64,000 nt of DNA, taken from Pirellulales bacterium (GTDB lineage Bacteria > Planctomycetota > Planctomycetia > Pirellulales > JAICIG01). The number at the start of each line of letters is the position of its first letter. Positions within the stretch are counted from its first letter, which is position 1. The stretch covers positions 1 to 64,000 of the forward strand of contig JBBDYJ010000040.1 in assembly GCA_040901675.1 (NCBI GenBank), in the 5' to 3' direction. Made by a program: the position numbers and the translations under genes. This document shows, piece by piece, positions 21,536-30,261 of the stretch. Below the pieces are notes generated by a model. It was given only the letters and a program-made list of their open reading frames with translations, made no database searches and was not told where the DNA came from.

Positions 21536-21703
21536 ATGGACTGGGGCAAGCTTGTCGCCCGGTGCCTGGGGCAAAGCGATAAGCGTGCCCCAGTCCATTG
21601 CAAGGACGTTGTTATTCGGCCGCTTTTGCGCGGGTGCCTGGGGAAAAGCGATAAGCGTGCCCCAGTCCATTGTAGGGAAGTTATTGTTCGGCCGCTTTTG
21701 CGC
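21536..21703. repeat. 72-bp tandem duplication containing REP family A
   Basis: Units at 21561-21631 and 21633-21703, plus a partial inverted copy starting at 21536. Confidence 0.8.
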
Positions 21704-24691
21704 TGGGCGTTGTGGGCCATCGCACTTTGGGTCTTTAGCACCGCCGTCGCGGCGGCCGAGATCGAGTTGCCGCCCAGCCTGCCCGGCGAACCGATCGTCG
21801 TCGGCGCCGATTACTCCAACCGCTGGACGCAGGGCGACTTCGAGGTCTGGCTGTTGCGCGGCAATTGCTACATCAACCAGGGGCTGACCTACTGCCGCAG
21901 CCAGGAGGCCGTGCTCTGGATCAAGCGGGGCGAGCGGTTTGGCGACCCGGAGAGCAAGGTGATCGCCTACCTGGAGGGGCAGGTCCGGCTCGATCATGGG
22001 CAGGCCAACCAGCCGGGCGGGCTGGCCGAGGCCGGCGCAAACCGGCCTCAGGGTGGTTGGCTGGGCACGTTTTACTCGACGGCTCCGCTACGGCTGACCA
22101 TGAGCGATCCGGGGCCGGAGCCGCAGGTGAAGCCGGCCGTGTTCCAGCGCGCGATGGCCCGCCGCGATCCGGATTTCGGAGCGATTCGCCGCACGCAGTT
22201 CGAGTCCGACGGCGGTCCCGGGCTGATCGAGGGCGTGACGCCCGGCACGCGGCGGCTGCGCATCTTTCAGCGCAGCACTGTAAGGCCGCAAATCGAGTGG
22301 ATCCCCGACCCCGACGGGCGGCGAGGCGTGCTGGTGATCACGGGCGGCGTCAACTTCATCCTGGACGGCCTCGACGAAATCGGCCAGGTCGACGTACTGG
22401 CCGACAACGTGGTGATCTGGACGGCCGGCTCGATCGGCCCGAGCCTGGATGCCGAGACGCTGCAGGGACAGGACACGCCGCTGGAGATCTACATGGAAGG
22501 CAACATCGTCTTCCGCCAGCAGGAACGCACGGTGTACGCCGACAGCATGTTCTACGACGCCAACAACAAAGTGGGAACCGTGCTGGGGGCCGAGATCCTG
22601 ACCCCGGTGCCCAACTACAACGGCCTGGCGCGGCTCAAGGCCGACCTGATCCAGCAGACGGGCCGCGATCGGTATTTCGCCCACAATGCCTTCATCACGT
22701 CCAGCCGTCTCGGCCGGCCGGGCTACCGGTTGCAGGCGCGTGAAATCTACTTTGAAGACAACCAGCGGGTCCTGGTCGACCCGTTCACGGGCAGTCCGCG
22801 GATCAACCCCGCCACCAACGAGCCGCTGGTCCACCACCAGAAGCTGGCCACCAGCCGGAACAACTTCCTGTACCTGGGCCCCGTGCCGGTCTTTTACTGG
22901 CCGCGGTTCGCGACGGACCTGGAAGATCCGACCCTGTTCGTCCGTTCGGCCCAACTGCAGAACGACCGCATTTTTGGGGTGTGGGCCTCCGTCGATCTCG
23001 ACGCCTACCAGTTACTGGGCTGGCAGAACGCGCCGGCCGGCACCGATTGGCAGTTCAGCCTCGACGAGCTGACCGACCGCGGCTTCGGCGGCGGCACGAC
23101 GTTCGAGTACAACCGGGGCGACGTTTTCGGGCTGGGCGGGCCGGCCGTCGGGCTGATCGATGCCTGGGGCATCAACGACAACGGCCGCGACAGCCTGGGC
23201 GGGGGACGGATGGAGCTCTTGCCGGAGGAGGATTTCCGCTACCGCGTGCTGGGCCGTCACCGGCAGCAGCTCGACGACTTTCAGTTGACGGCCGAGTTGG
23301 GCCTGATCAGCGACCGCAACTTCCTGGAGCAGTATTACGAGTCGGAGTGGGACCTGGGCAAGGACCAGACGACCGGTCTGGAGTTGAAGCGGATCGGCGA
23401 CAACGCTTCGGTGAGCCTGACGGCCGACGCGCGGCTGAACGACTTCTTTACGCAGACCGAATGGCTGCCGCGGCTGGACCACTTCTGGTTGGGGCAGCCG
23501 CTGTTGGGCAACCGCCTTAGCTGGTACCAGCACTCCAATATCGGCTACGCCCGGCTCAAGACGGCCAGCACCCCGCTCGACCCGGCCGACGCGTCGGCAT
23601 TCGGCCTGTTGCCGTGGGAAAGCGATTCGAGCGGCGAGCGGTTCGTTACGCGGCAGGAGATCGACCTGCCCTTGGATGCCGGGCCGTTCAAAGTGGTCCC
23701 TTATGCGATGGGCGAGCTGGCGCATTGGGGCGAGGACCTTTCGGGAGAGCCGCTCGATCGGGCCTTTGGGCAGGTGGGTCTGCGGGCCAGCATCCCCTTC
23801 TGGGCGGCGAACCCGGCGATCGAGAGCTCGCTGTTGAACGTCCACGGCCTGGCCCACAAGATCGTGCTGGACGCCGACGTCTCGTTCGCCGACGCCAACC
23901 GCGACATGAGCGAGCTGCCCTTGTACGACCAGCTCGACGACGACTCGGTGGAGCATTTCCGCCGCCGCTTCGCTTTCAACACGTTCGGCGGAATGACGCC
24001 GATCCAGTTCGACGAGCGGTTTTACGCGCTGCGGAGCGGCCTGCAGAACTGGGTGACCTCGCCGTCGAGCGAGATTGCCGACGACCTGGCCGCGGTCCGC
24101 CTGGGAGTGCGTCAACGGTGGCAGACCAAGCGGGGGTTTCCCGGCAGGCGGCGGATCATCGACTGGGTCGTGCTGGACACCGAGGCGGCGTTCTTTCCCA
24201 ACGCCGATCGGGACAACTTCGGCGAGACGTTGGGCCTGGCCGGTTACGACTTTCGCTGGCACGCCGGCGATCGGTTGACGTTCTTGTCGGACGGCGCCTT
24301 CGACTTCTTTGACGAGGGGCAGCGCACGGTCACCGTCAGTGCCTCGTTGGCGCGGCCGCCGCGGGGCACGTGGTTCCTCACGTTTCGATCGCTGGGCGGC
24401 CCGCTGGACAGCAACGTCGTGGCCACGTCGTACACGTACCGGCTCAGCCCCAAGTGGATCACGAGCACGGGCGCCTCCTACGACTTCAGCGGTCAGGGGA
24501 ACATCGGCCAGCACCTGGCGCTGACCCGGATCGGGGAATCTTTTCTCACCAGCTTCGCTTTAAACGGCGACTCCGGCAAAGACAACGTGGGTGTCAGCTT
24601 GCTGGTCGAGCCGCGATTCCTGCCGACCGGCCGGCTGGGACGGGTGGGCGGCGTGCCGGTTCCCGTGGCCGGCCTGTACGGGCTCGAGTAA
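21536..24691 (+). CDS. lptD: LPS-assembly protein LptD/OstA, planctomycete type (start uncertain; TTG 21698 is an alternative)
   Basis: Signal-like RWALWAIALWVFSTAVAAA; YMEGNIVF, PVFYWP, SDRNFLEQYY and EWLPRL; beta-barrel-like C-terminal half. Confidence 0.75.
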   Translation: MDWGKLVARCLGQSDKRAPVHCKDVVIRPLLRGCLGKSDKRAPVHCREVIVRPLLRWALWAIALWVFSTAVAAAEIELPPSLPGEPIVVGADYSNRWTQGDFEVWLLRGNCYINQGLTYCRSQEAVLWIKRGERFGDPESKVIAYLEGQVRLDHGQANQPGGLAEAGANRPQGGWLGTFYSTAPLRLTMSDPGPEPQVKPAVFQRAMARRDPDFGAIRRTQFESDGGPGLIEGVTPGTRRLRIFQRSTVRPQIEWIPDPDGRRGVLVITGGVNFILDGLDEIGQVDVLADNVVIWTAGSIGPSLDAETLQGQDTPLEIYMEGNIVFRQQERTVYADSMFYDANNKVGTVLGAEILTPVPNYNGLARLKADLIQQTGRDRYFAHNAFITSSRLGRPGYRLQAREIYFEDNQRVLVDPFTGSPRINPATNEPLVHHQKLATSRNNFLYLGPVPVFYWPRFATDLEDPTLFVRSAQLQNDRIFGVWASVDLDAYQLLGWQNAPAGTDWQFSLDELTDRGFGGGTTFEYNRGDVFGLGGPAVGLIDAWGINDNGRDSLGGGRMELLPEEDFRYRVLGRHRQQLDDFQLTAELGLISDRNFLEQYYESEWDLGKDQTTGLELKRIGDNASVSLTADARLNDFFTQTEWLPRLDHFWLGQPLLGNRLSWYQHSNIGYARLKTASTPLDPADASAFGLLPWESDSSGERFVTRQEIDLPLDAGPFKVVPYAMGELAHWGEDLSGEPLDRAFGQVGLRASIPFWAANPAIESSLLNVHGLAHKIVLDADVSFADANRDMSELPLYDQLDDDSVEHFRRRFAFNTFGGMTPIQFDERFYALRSGLQNWVTSPSSEIADDLAAVRLGVRQRWQTKRGFPGRRRIIDWVVLDTEAAFFPNADRDNFGETLGLAGYDFRWHAGDRLTFLSDGAFDFFDEGQRTVTVSASLARPPRGTWFLTFRSLGGPLDSNVVATSYTYRLSPKWITSTGASYDFSGQGNIGQHLALTRIGESFLTSFALNGDSGKDNVGVSLLVEPRFLPTGRLGRVGGVPVPVAGLYGLE

Positions 24692-24708
24692 TCGATCAAC
24701 CAATCATC

Positions 24709-25095
24709 ATGGACGAACCAACTCGGCTCCGCGCCCGCTCCTGGCGGCATAAGTTCAAAGACGCATTGCGCGGCACCCGGCGCGCCGTGCGCCGCGAGAG
24801 CAGCTTCTTCGTACACTTGTTCGCCGCCTGCGCCGTGCTGGCCGCCGCCCTGGCGCTGGGCGCCACGCTTGCCGAATGGTGTCTCTTGATCCTCTGCATC
24901 TGCGGGGTGCTGACGGCCGAGATGTTCAACACGGCCTTCGAAACGCTGGCCAAGGCCATCGACCGAGAGTACAATCCCCACCTGCGCGACGCTCTGGACA
25001 TGGGCAGCGGCGCCGTGCTCTTGGCCGCGCTGGGCGCATCGGCCGTGGGGGCCATCATCTTCATCCACCGCCTGGCGTCGCTGCTGGGCTGGTAG
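24709..25095 (+). CDS. dgkA: Diacylglycerol/undecaprenol kinase family protein
   Basis: FKDALRG, AEMFNTAFE and ALDMGSGAVL. Confidence 0.85.
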   Translation: MDEPTRLRARSWRHKFKDALRGTRRAVRRESSFFVHLFAACAVLAAALALGATLAEWCLLILCICGVLTAEMFNTAFETLAKAIDREYNPHLRDALDMGSGAVLLAALGASAVGAIIFIHRLASLLGW

Positions 25096-25097
25096 CC

Positions 25098-25589
25098 CTA
25101 AGATCCAAGATCCTGGCGCCGGTGCAGCGCTTCGTGCTCCTCGTCCTCAGTGGGCCGGTTGTCGAAGCCCCGCTGGCGCGAAAGCTCGATGTGATCGACG
25201 AACTTCACGTTGGCGCACTCGTCCACCTCGGCCGTGTGGCAGGCCGCGAAGTCGGGAATCAAAAACCGGATCGGACCGCCCGCCTTGGCATCCAGCGGCG
25301 ATCGATTGAGGCGGTAGATCAACAAGGCCCGGTCGCGGACCGCCGCCAGCGGGATGCTGGCGTGAAAGTTGTCGGCCGACGAGTGCAGCGTCAGATACTG
25401 GGCGGCGGGCCTCGCGCCGGCCAACGCCAGCAGGCCGGCTAGCGTGACCGCCTGCCCGGCGCGCTTCGGATCGAGCTGGCTCACGTCGCCCACCTGGTAT
25501 CGCGGATCGATGCCCTGGAGATCCTCAAACGACAATGCCAGCGGGCGCTCGACCTCGCCATCGACTTTCAACACGGTGCCGTCGCTCAT
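25098..25589 (-). CDS. Molybdopterin-dependent oxidoreductase-domain protein
   Basis: LKVDGEVERPLALS, GGPIRFLIP and ANVKFVDHIEL. Confidence 0.7.
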   Translation of the reverse strand: MSDGTVLKVDGEVERPLALSFEDLQGIDPRYQVGDVSQLDPKRAGQAVTLAGLLALAGARPAAQYLTLHSSADNFHASIPLAAVRDRALLIYRLNRSPLDAKAGGPIRFLIPDFAACHTAEVDECANVKFVDHIELSRQRGFDNRPTEDEEHEALHRRQDLGS

Positions 25590-25684
25590 TTTCTCAGCTT
25601 ACCAAACGCCGGCAGCCGGCCCCGCCATGGGACCGGCTGCCGGGAAAAAACAGGTTGCCCGCGGGATCCATTCCCGACATTCCG

Positions 25685-28600
25685 TTACGAGCAACCCATG
25701 CTGTTTCCACAGTTGTGGCACAAGTAGCAGTTTCCGTTACGCACCGTGATCGCGCCGCAGTTGTCGCAGGCGGGCGCATCGGCCTGGAAGCTGGCGAACT
25801 GCTCGCTGCGCCCCGGCGAGCCGGCGGCCGAATCGAATTCCCACTTGGGCGCGATGCCTGCCCGCTCCAACAAGGCCGTGGCCTTCTCGCTGCTGCCGTT
25901 GGTCGAGCCGTGACTCGACCCATTCTTGCTTTGACTCTCGGCGGCATGCGGCCGTTTACCATTGGTCATCCGCGGGTCGGACTCGGTCTCCTTGGGCAAT
26001 CCAGGCCCGGCGCTCAGCCCGCCGGCCATCTTGGCGGCGGGCCTGGAGTCCCCCGGCGGATCTTCTCCGTCGGAAGGACCTCGCGGGTAGCCTAGCGAGG
26101 CAGTGTCGGTTGCCGCAAGCCCCGAGCTGGCTTCCCGGTAGCCGGGCAGGAAGGTCACGCCCAGCCAGCGGAAGATGTAGTCGACGATGCTCTTGGCAAT
26201 CCGGATGTCCGGGTTCTTGGTGTGCCCCATCGGCTCGAAGCGCGTGTGCGAGAATTTGTTCACGTACACCTCCAGCGGAACACCGTATTGCAGGCTCATC
26301 GACACGGCCGTGCCGAAGCAGTCCATCAGTCCGCCGACCGTGCTCCCCTCCTTGGCCATGGTGATGAACAGCTCGCCGGGGCGGCCGTCGTCGTAGAGAC
26401 CCACCGTGATGTAACCTTCGTGGCCGGCCACGCTGAACTTGTGCGTGATCGAATGCCGCGTGTCGGGCAGACGCTCGCGGCGCGGCACGGCCTTCTGCTT
26501 CTCGGCCGCCTTGTCGCCCTCGGTGCTGGTCGAGAGCGGCTGGCTCTCCTTCGAGCCATCGCGGTACACGGCCAGGGCCTTGAGACCCAGACGCCACCCC
26601 TCCAGGTAGGCGTCGGCGATGTCGGCCGGCGTCGTGTCGCGGGGCATGTTCACCGTCTTGGAAATGGCGCCCGACAGAAAAGGCTGCGCGGCGGCCATCG
26701 TCCGCACGTGGGCCGCCCAGGCTATCGAGCGCGTGCCGTTCTTGGGCTGGAAGGCACAATCGAAGACGCTCAAGTGCTCGTCCAGCAGATCGGGCGAACC
26801 TTCGATCGTGTCGTGGCGGTCGATGTAATCGATGATCGACTTGATGCGGGCTTCGCCGTACCCCAAGGTCTTCAAGGCCCGCGGCACCGTCTGGTTGACG
26901 ATCTTCAGCATGCCGCCGCCGGCCAACTGCTTGTACTTGACCAGGGCGATCTCCGGCTCGATTCCCGTGGTGTCGCAATCCATCAGGAAGCTGATCGTGC
27001 CGGTGGGCGCCAGCACGGTGGCCTGCGCGTTGCGGAAGCCGTGCGCGCGGCCGGCGGCCAGCACGTCGTCCCAGACCGTACGGGCCGCTTGCTTGAGATA
27101 GTCCGGGCAGGCCTCGTCGATCTCTTCGACCGCGTCGCGGTGCATCTGCATCACCCGCAGCATCGGCTCGCTGTTCTCGGCATACCCATCGAAGGGACCC
27201 ACGGCCGCCGCCAGCTCGGCGCTGGCCAGGTTGGCGGCCCCGTGCAGGATCGCGGTCATGGCGCCGCAGAGGCCCAGCGCGCCGGGCGAATCGTAGGCCA
27301 GGCCGCTCGACATGATCAGGCTGCCCAGGTTCGAATAGCCCAGGCCCAGCGGGCGGAAGCGGTGGCTGTTGGCGGCAATCCGCGCGGTCGGATAGCTGGC
27401 ATGGTCGACCAGGATCTCCTGGGCGATGAAGTAGATCCGGCAGGCCTGCCGGAATCGATCGAAGTCGAAGCCGCCGTCCTCTTGCCGGAACTTCATCAGG
27501 TTGATGCTGGCCAGGTTGCAGGCCGTATCGTCCAGGAACATGTATTCCGAGCACGGATTCGAAGCGTTGATCCGGCCCGAGTTGGGGCAGGTGTGCCAGC
27601 GGTTGATCGTGGTGTCGTACTGCACGCCCGGGTCGCCGCAGAACCAGGCGCCCTCGGCCATCTTGGCCAGCACGTCGCGGGCCGGCCAGCTTGGCCCTTC
27701 GCGCGCGGGATCGGTGACCCAGTGAGTGGTCCATTGCCGGTTGTCGACGGCGGCCTGCATGAACTCGTCGCTGACGCGAACCGACAGGTTGGCGTTCTGG
27801 AACAGGATCGAGCTGTAAGCCTCGCCGTTGAAATTGGCCTCGTAGCCGTGGGCGATCAGGATGCGGGCCTTCCGCTCTTCCTTGGCCTTGCTCTCGATGA
27901 ACTCCATCACGTCCGGGTGGCCGACCTTGATCGACTGCATCTTGGCGGCCCTGCGCGTCTTGCCGCCGCTTTTGACCACGGCCGCGATCTGGTCGTAGAC
28001 GCGCATGAACGAGAGCGGCCCGGAAGGCCTGCCGCCGCCGGAGAGCTTCTCGCGGTGCGAACGCAACGTCGAGAGGTCGGTGCCGGTGCCCGATCCGAAC
28101 TTGAAGAGCATGGCCTCGCTGCGCGCCAGCTCCATGATGTCTTCCATGTCGTCCCGCACGCTTTGGATGAAACAGGCGGACCCCTGGGGATACTCGTACG
28201 GGTTCTCCGGCTGGCGGACCTGGCCGGCCTCGGTGTCCCAGTGCCAGTTGCACTGCGAGCCCTTGACGCCGTACTGGTGGTAGAGACCCACGTTGAACCA
28301 GACGGGCGAGTTGAAGGCGCCGTGCTGGTGCAGGCACAACCAGGTCAGCTCGCGGTAAAAGCGCTCGCCGTCCTCGGCCGTGGCGAAATAGCCGTCGCTG
28401 GCGCCCCAGTCGGCGATCGTCCGGCTGACTCGGTGGATCAACTGCCGCACGCTCTTCTCGCGCTGGGGCGTGCCCACCTCCCCGTAGAAGTACTTGCTGC
28501 AGACGACGTTGGTGGCCAACTGGCTCCAACCGGCCGGCACTTCGCAGTCGTTCTGTTCGAAGAGCACCTCCCCCGCTTCGCCCTTGATGGCCGCGGTGCG

Positions 28601-28756
28601 CACCTCCCAGTCGACGGTCTCAAACGGATTGCCGACGTGGTCGGGACAGAAGACGGAATCGATCTCGAGGGCGCCGGCGAATCGGCGTTCCCGGCTGGTC
28701 TTGGAACGCTCCGTCGCTGGCTGGCCCTTCAATGGAGCAGCGCTTGGTTCGGCCAT
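25685..28756 (-). CDS. nrdJ: Vitamin B12-dependent class II ribonucleotide reductase
   Basis: FNSPVWFN, SACFI, ASNPCSEY, APTGTISF and GAISKTVN; TSCPD-like domain; C-terminal CDNC...CHNC; strong RBS before ATG 28756. Confidence 0.95.
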   Translation of the reverse strand: MAEPSAAPLKGQPATERSKTSRERRFAGALEIDSVFCPDHVGNPFETVDWEVRTAAIKGEAGEVLFEQNDCEVPAGWSQLATNVVCSKYFYGEVGTPQREKSVRQLIHRVSRTIADWGASDGYFATAEDGERFYRELTWLCLHQHGAFNSPVWFNVGLYHQYGVKGSQCNWHWDTEAGQVRQPENPYEYPQGSACFIQSVRDDMEDIMELARSEAMLFKFGSGTGTDLSTLRSHREKLSGGGRPSGPLSFMRVYDQIAAVVKSGGKTRRAAKMQSIKVGHPDVMEFIESKAKEERKARILIAHGYEANFNGEAYSSILFQNANLSVRVSDEFMQAAVDNRQWTTHWVTDPAREGPSWPARDVLAKMAEGAWFCGDPGVQYDTTINRWHTCPNSGRINASNPCSEYMFLDDTACNLASINLMKFRQEDGGFDFDRFRQACRIYFIAQEILVDHASYPTARIAANSHRFRPLGLGYSNLGSLIMSSGLAYDSPGALGLCGAMTAILHGAANLASAELAAAVGPFDGYAENSEPMLRVMQMHRDAVEEIDEACPDYLKQAARTVWDDVLAAGRAHGFRNAQATVLAPTGTISFLMDCDTTGIEPEIALVKYKQLAGGGMLKIVNQTVPRALKTLGYGEARIKSIIDYIDRHDTIEGSPDLLDEHLSVFDCAFQPKNGTRSIAWAAHVRTMAAAQPFLSGAISKTVNMPRDTTPADIADAYLEGWRLGLKALAVYRDGSKESQPLSTSTEGDKAAEKQKAVPRRERLPDTRHSITHKFSVAGHEGYITVGLYDDGRPGELFITMAKEGSTVGGLMDCFGTAVSMSLQYGVPLEVYVNKFSHTRFEPMGHTKNPDIRIAKSIVDYIFRWLGVTFLPGYREASSGLAATDTASLGYPRGPSDGEDPPGDSRPAAKMAGGLSAGPGLPKETESDPRMTNGKRPHAAESQSKNGSSHGSTNGSSEKATALLERAGIAPKWEFDSAAGSPGRSEQFASFQADAPACDNCGAITVRNGNCYLCHNCGNSMGCS

Positions 28757-28919
28757 GAGAACTCCCCCCTCAGAGAAAGGCTCGGGCATCCGTGCTTAGT
28801 ATACATAAGTATACATACCTGGTGAAGTCTTCGGCAATTTGGGGCCGTGGGGATGCCATTCTCAGGCCCAAATCGTCGCCTTCACCGACCGCTCGAGGGT
28901 CGTATGCGTCACCAGATGA

Positions 28920-28966
28920 CAACAACATATTGTATCGGACTGCGTCCATGCCACAATATGCAGTTG
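28920..28966. promoter_or_regulatory. Tandem NrdR boxes
   Basis: CAACAACATATTGTAT (28920) and CCACAATATGCAGTTG (28951), 31 bp apart, upstream of nrdJ. Confidence 0.75.
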
Positions 28967-29280
28967 TTTGGTTCAGAGTTTACACCTTTCAAATGCATAG
29001 TCAATCAGTTTTTTTGATTCGTCGAAATGCTTGCCAGCACGCATGTTAGAGAATTGTTCAGCCGAGCGACCCGCCAGCCGCTGCCGCCTGGGCAGGATCG
29101 TAACACGCTGCTGCGTAACGGCTTGGCGTGGGCCTCTCTTGCGCCGCGGACATGTCCAGACCAGGAATTTTTTGCCGACGCCTTGTGGCAGCACGGCAAA
29201 ACACCGCGCAACCCGCGCAACCACAGGAACTTATGCCCAACCTCACCCTCGTGGCAGCGGTCGGGCCTGTCAAAGCAACA

Positions 29281-29310
29281 AGGCAGGAGGACCGGTCGGT
29301 CCTCCTGCCT
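29281..29310 (-). terminator. Intrinsic terminator
   Basis: 13-bp stem aggcaggaggacc/ggtcctcctgcct followed on the minus strand by tgttgcttt. Confidence 0.7.
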
Positions 29311-29348
29311 CGAAGGGATTTCATTCGGACGAGCACTAGCGGCCCGGA

Positions 29349-29525
29349 TCAGTAGGCGCCTTCTTGACCAGTCCCCTTCTCGGTGCCCTCGGTGTCTCCC
29401 GCCCCCGTATCGGGCCCCGTTCCCGCGCCGGCCCCGGCGCCGTCCGCGGGCGCGGGAGTGTCGTCGCTTCCGCATCCGGCCAGTGCCAGGCTCAAAACCA
29501 AGAAACAGACACTCAAGTACCTCAT
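29349..29525 (-). CDS. Small lipoprotein, 58 aa (not in the ORF track)
   Basis: GGAGG RBS; MRYLSVCFLVLSLALAG-CGSDDTPAPADGAGAGAGTGPDTGAGDTEGTEKGTGQEGAY*; LAGC lipobox; downstream terminator. Confidence 0.8.
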   Translation of the reverse strand: MRYLSVCFLVLSLALAGCGSDDTPAPADGAGAGAGTGPDTGAGDTEGTEKGTGQEGAY

Positions 29526-30261
29526 GTGTCACCCTCCAGACTGGGTCCCAGTTCACGCTCGCTCGCGGAGCTACAAGCACCGCGGCAACTCACCGACGCG
29601 CGCTTCCATACCGCCCTTCAGGCGACGGGGAAAACAGCCGGACAAGCGTGCGACGCCGTTGAACACGCCGTGGCGGATCCGGCCGGCAAATCACCCGGCA
29701 GTCAGACACGGATGCCGCGCATCGGCATCGCGACCGGCGAGGCGCCCACCATTGGGCACAGAAGGCTCGCAAGACCACGTGTTCCGGCTCCAACAGCGCC
29801 ACGAGTCTACCAACGAGCCCCTGAAACTGTCAAACCTCGCCTCCCTTCACCTCCGGGCTCGCGCCCTGGCGACTCCCGGAGACTGCCGGGCTGCTTGTGG
29901 CCGGGTGAGCCGATTGCTTATAATCCATCAAGCGCCGCCGATGAATCGTTGCGGCCGCACGTGAGTGCCGCGAACTGCGGGACCGCGAAGTCCGGAAAAC
30001 CCATTTATTATTTGACAACCCCGCACTGGGCAGCTTAACGTCACCCGTAGCCTAGACGGGCTATGTGCCCCATACCCAGAAGACTTTAACCGCCCCAACG
30101 CCCGCCGATTGCTTGCCGCCGGCTTACGGCAAGCCCGTTTGCAGCCGTGAAACCATCGGTCCGGCCGAGGGAACCTCACGCCACCTGCCTCGACTCCCGC
30201 GCGATCATCCTACGACTCTCAGGGCCAAGCCCTGACGCAAGACCAGAGGGACCAAGCTGCC

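Noticed and set aside
25685..28756. Intein or intron in nrdJ
   Set aside because: The motifs are contiguous; the extra length is a low-complexity linker before the Zn ribbon.
26222..28825. Long antisense ORFs (also 5941-8142, 16935-19061, 33115-35082, 44612-46801)
   Set aside because: These are shadow frames typical of high-GC coding DNA opposite well-supported genes.
28790..29280. Cobalamin riboswitch upstream of nrdJ
   Set aside because: No B12-box or other conserved riboswitch motifs were recognised; NrdR boxes explain the regulation.
29005..30038. Several 190-220 aa ORFs in the track
   Set aside because: They are R/P-rich with no motifs and overlap the lipoprotein gene or its terminator.
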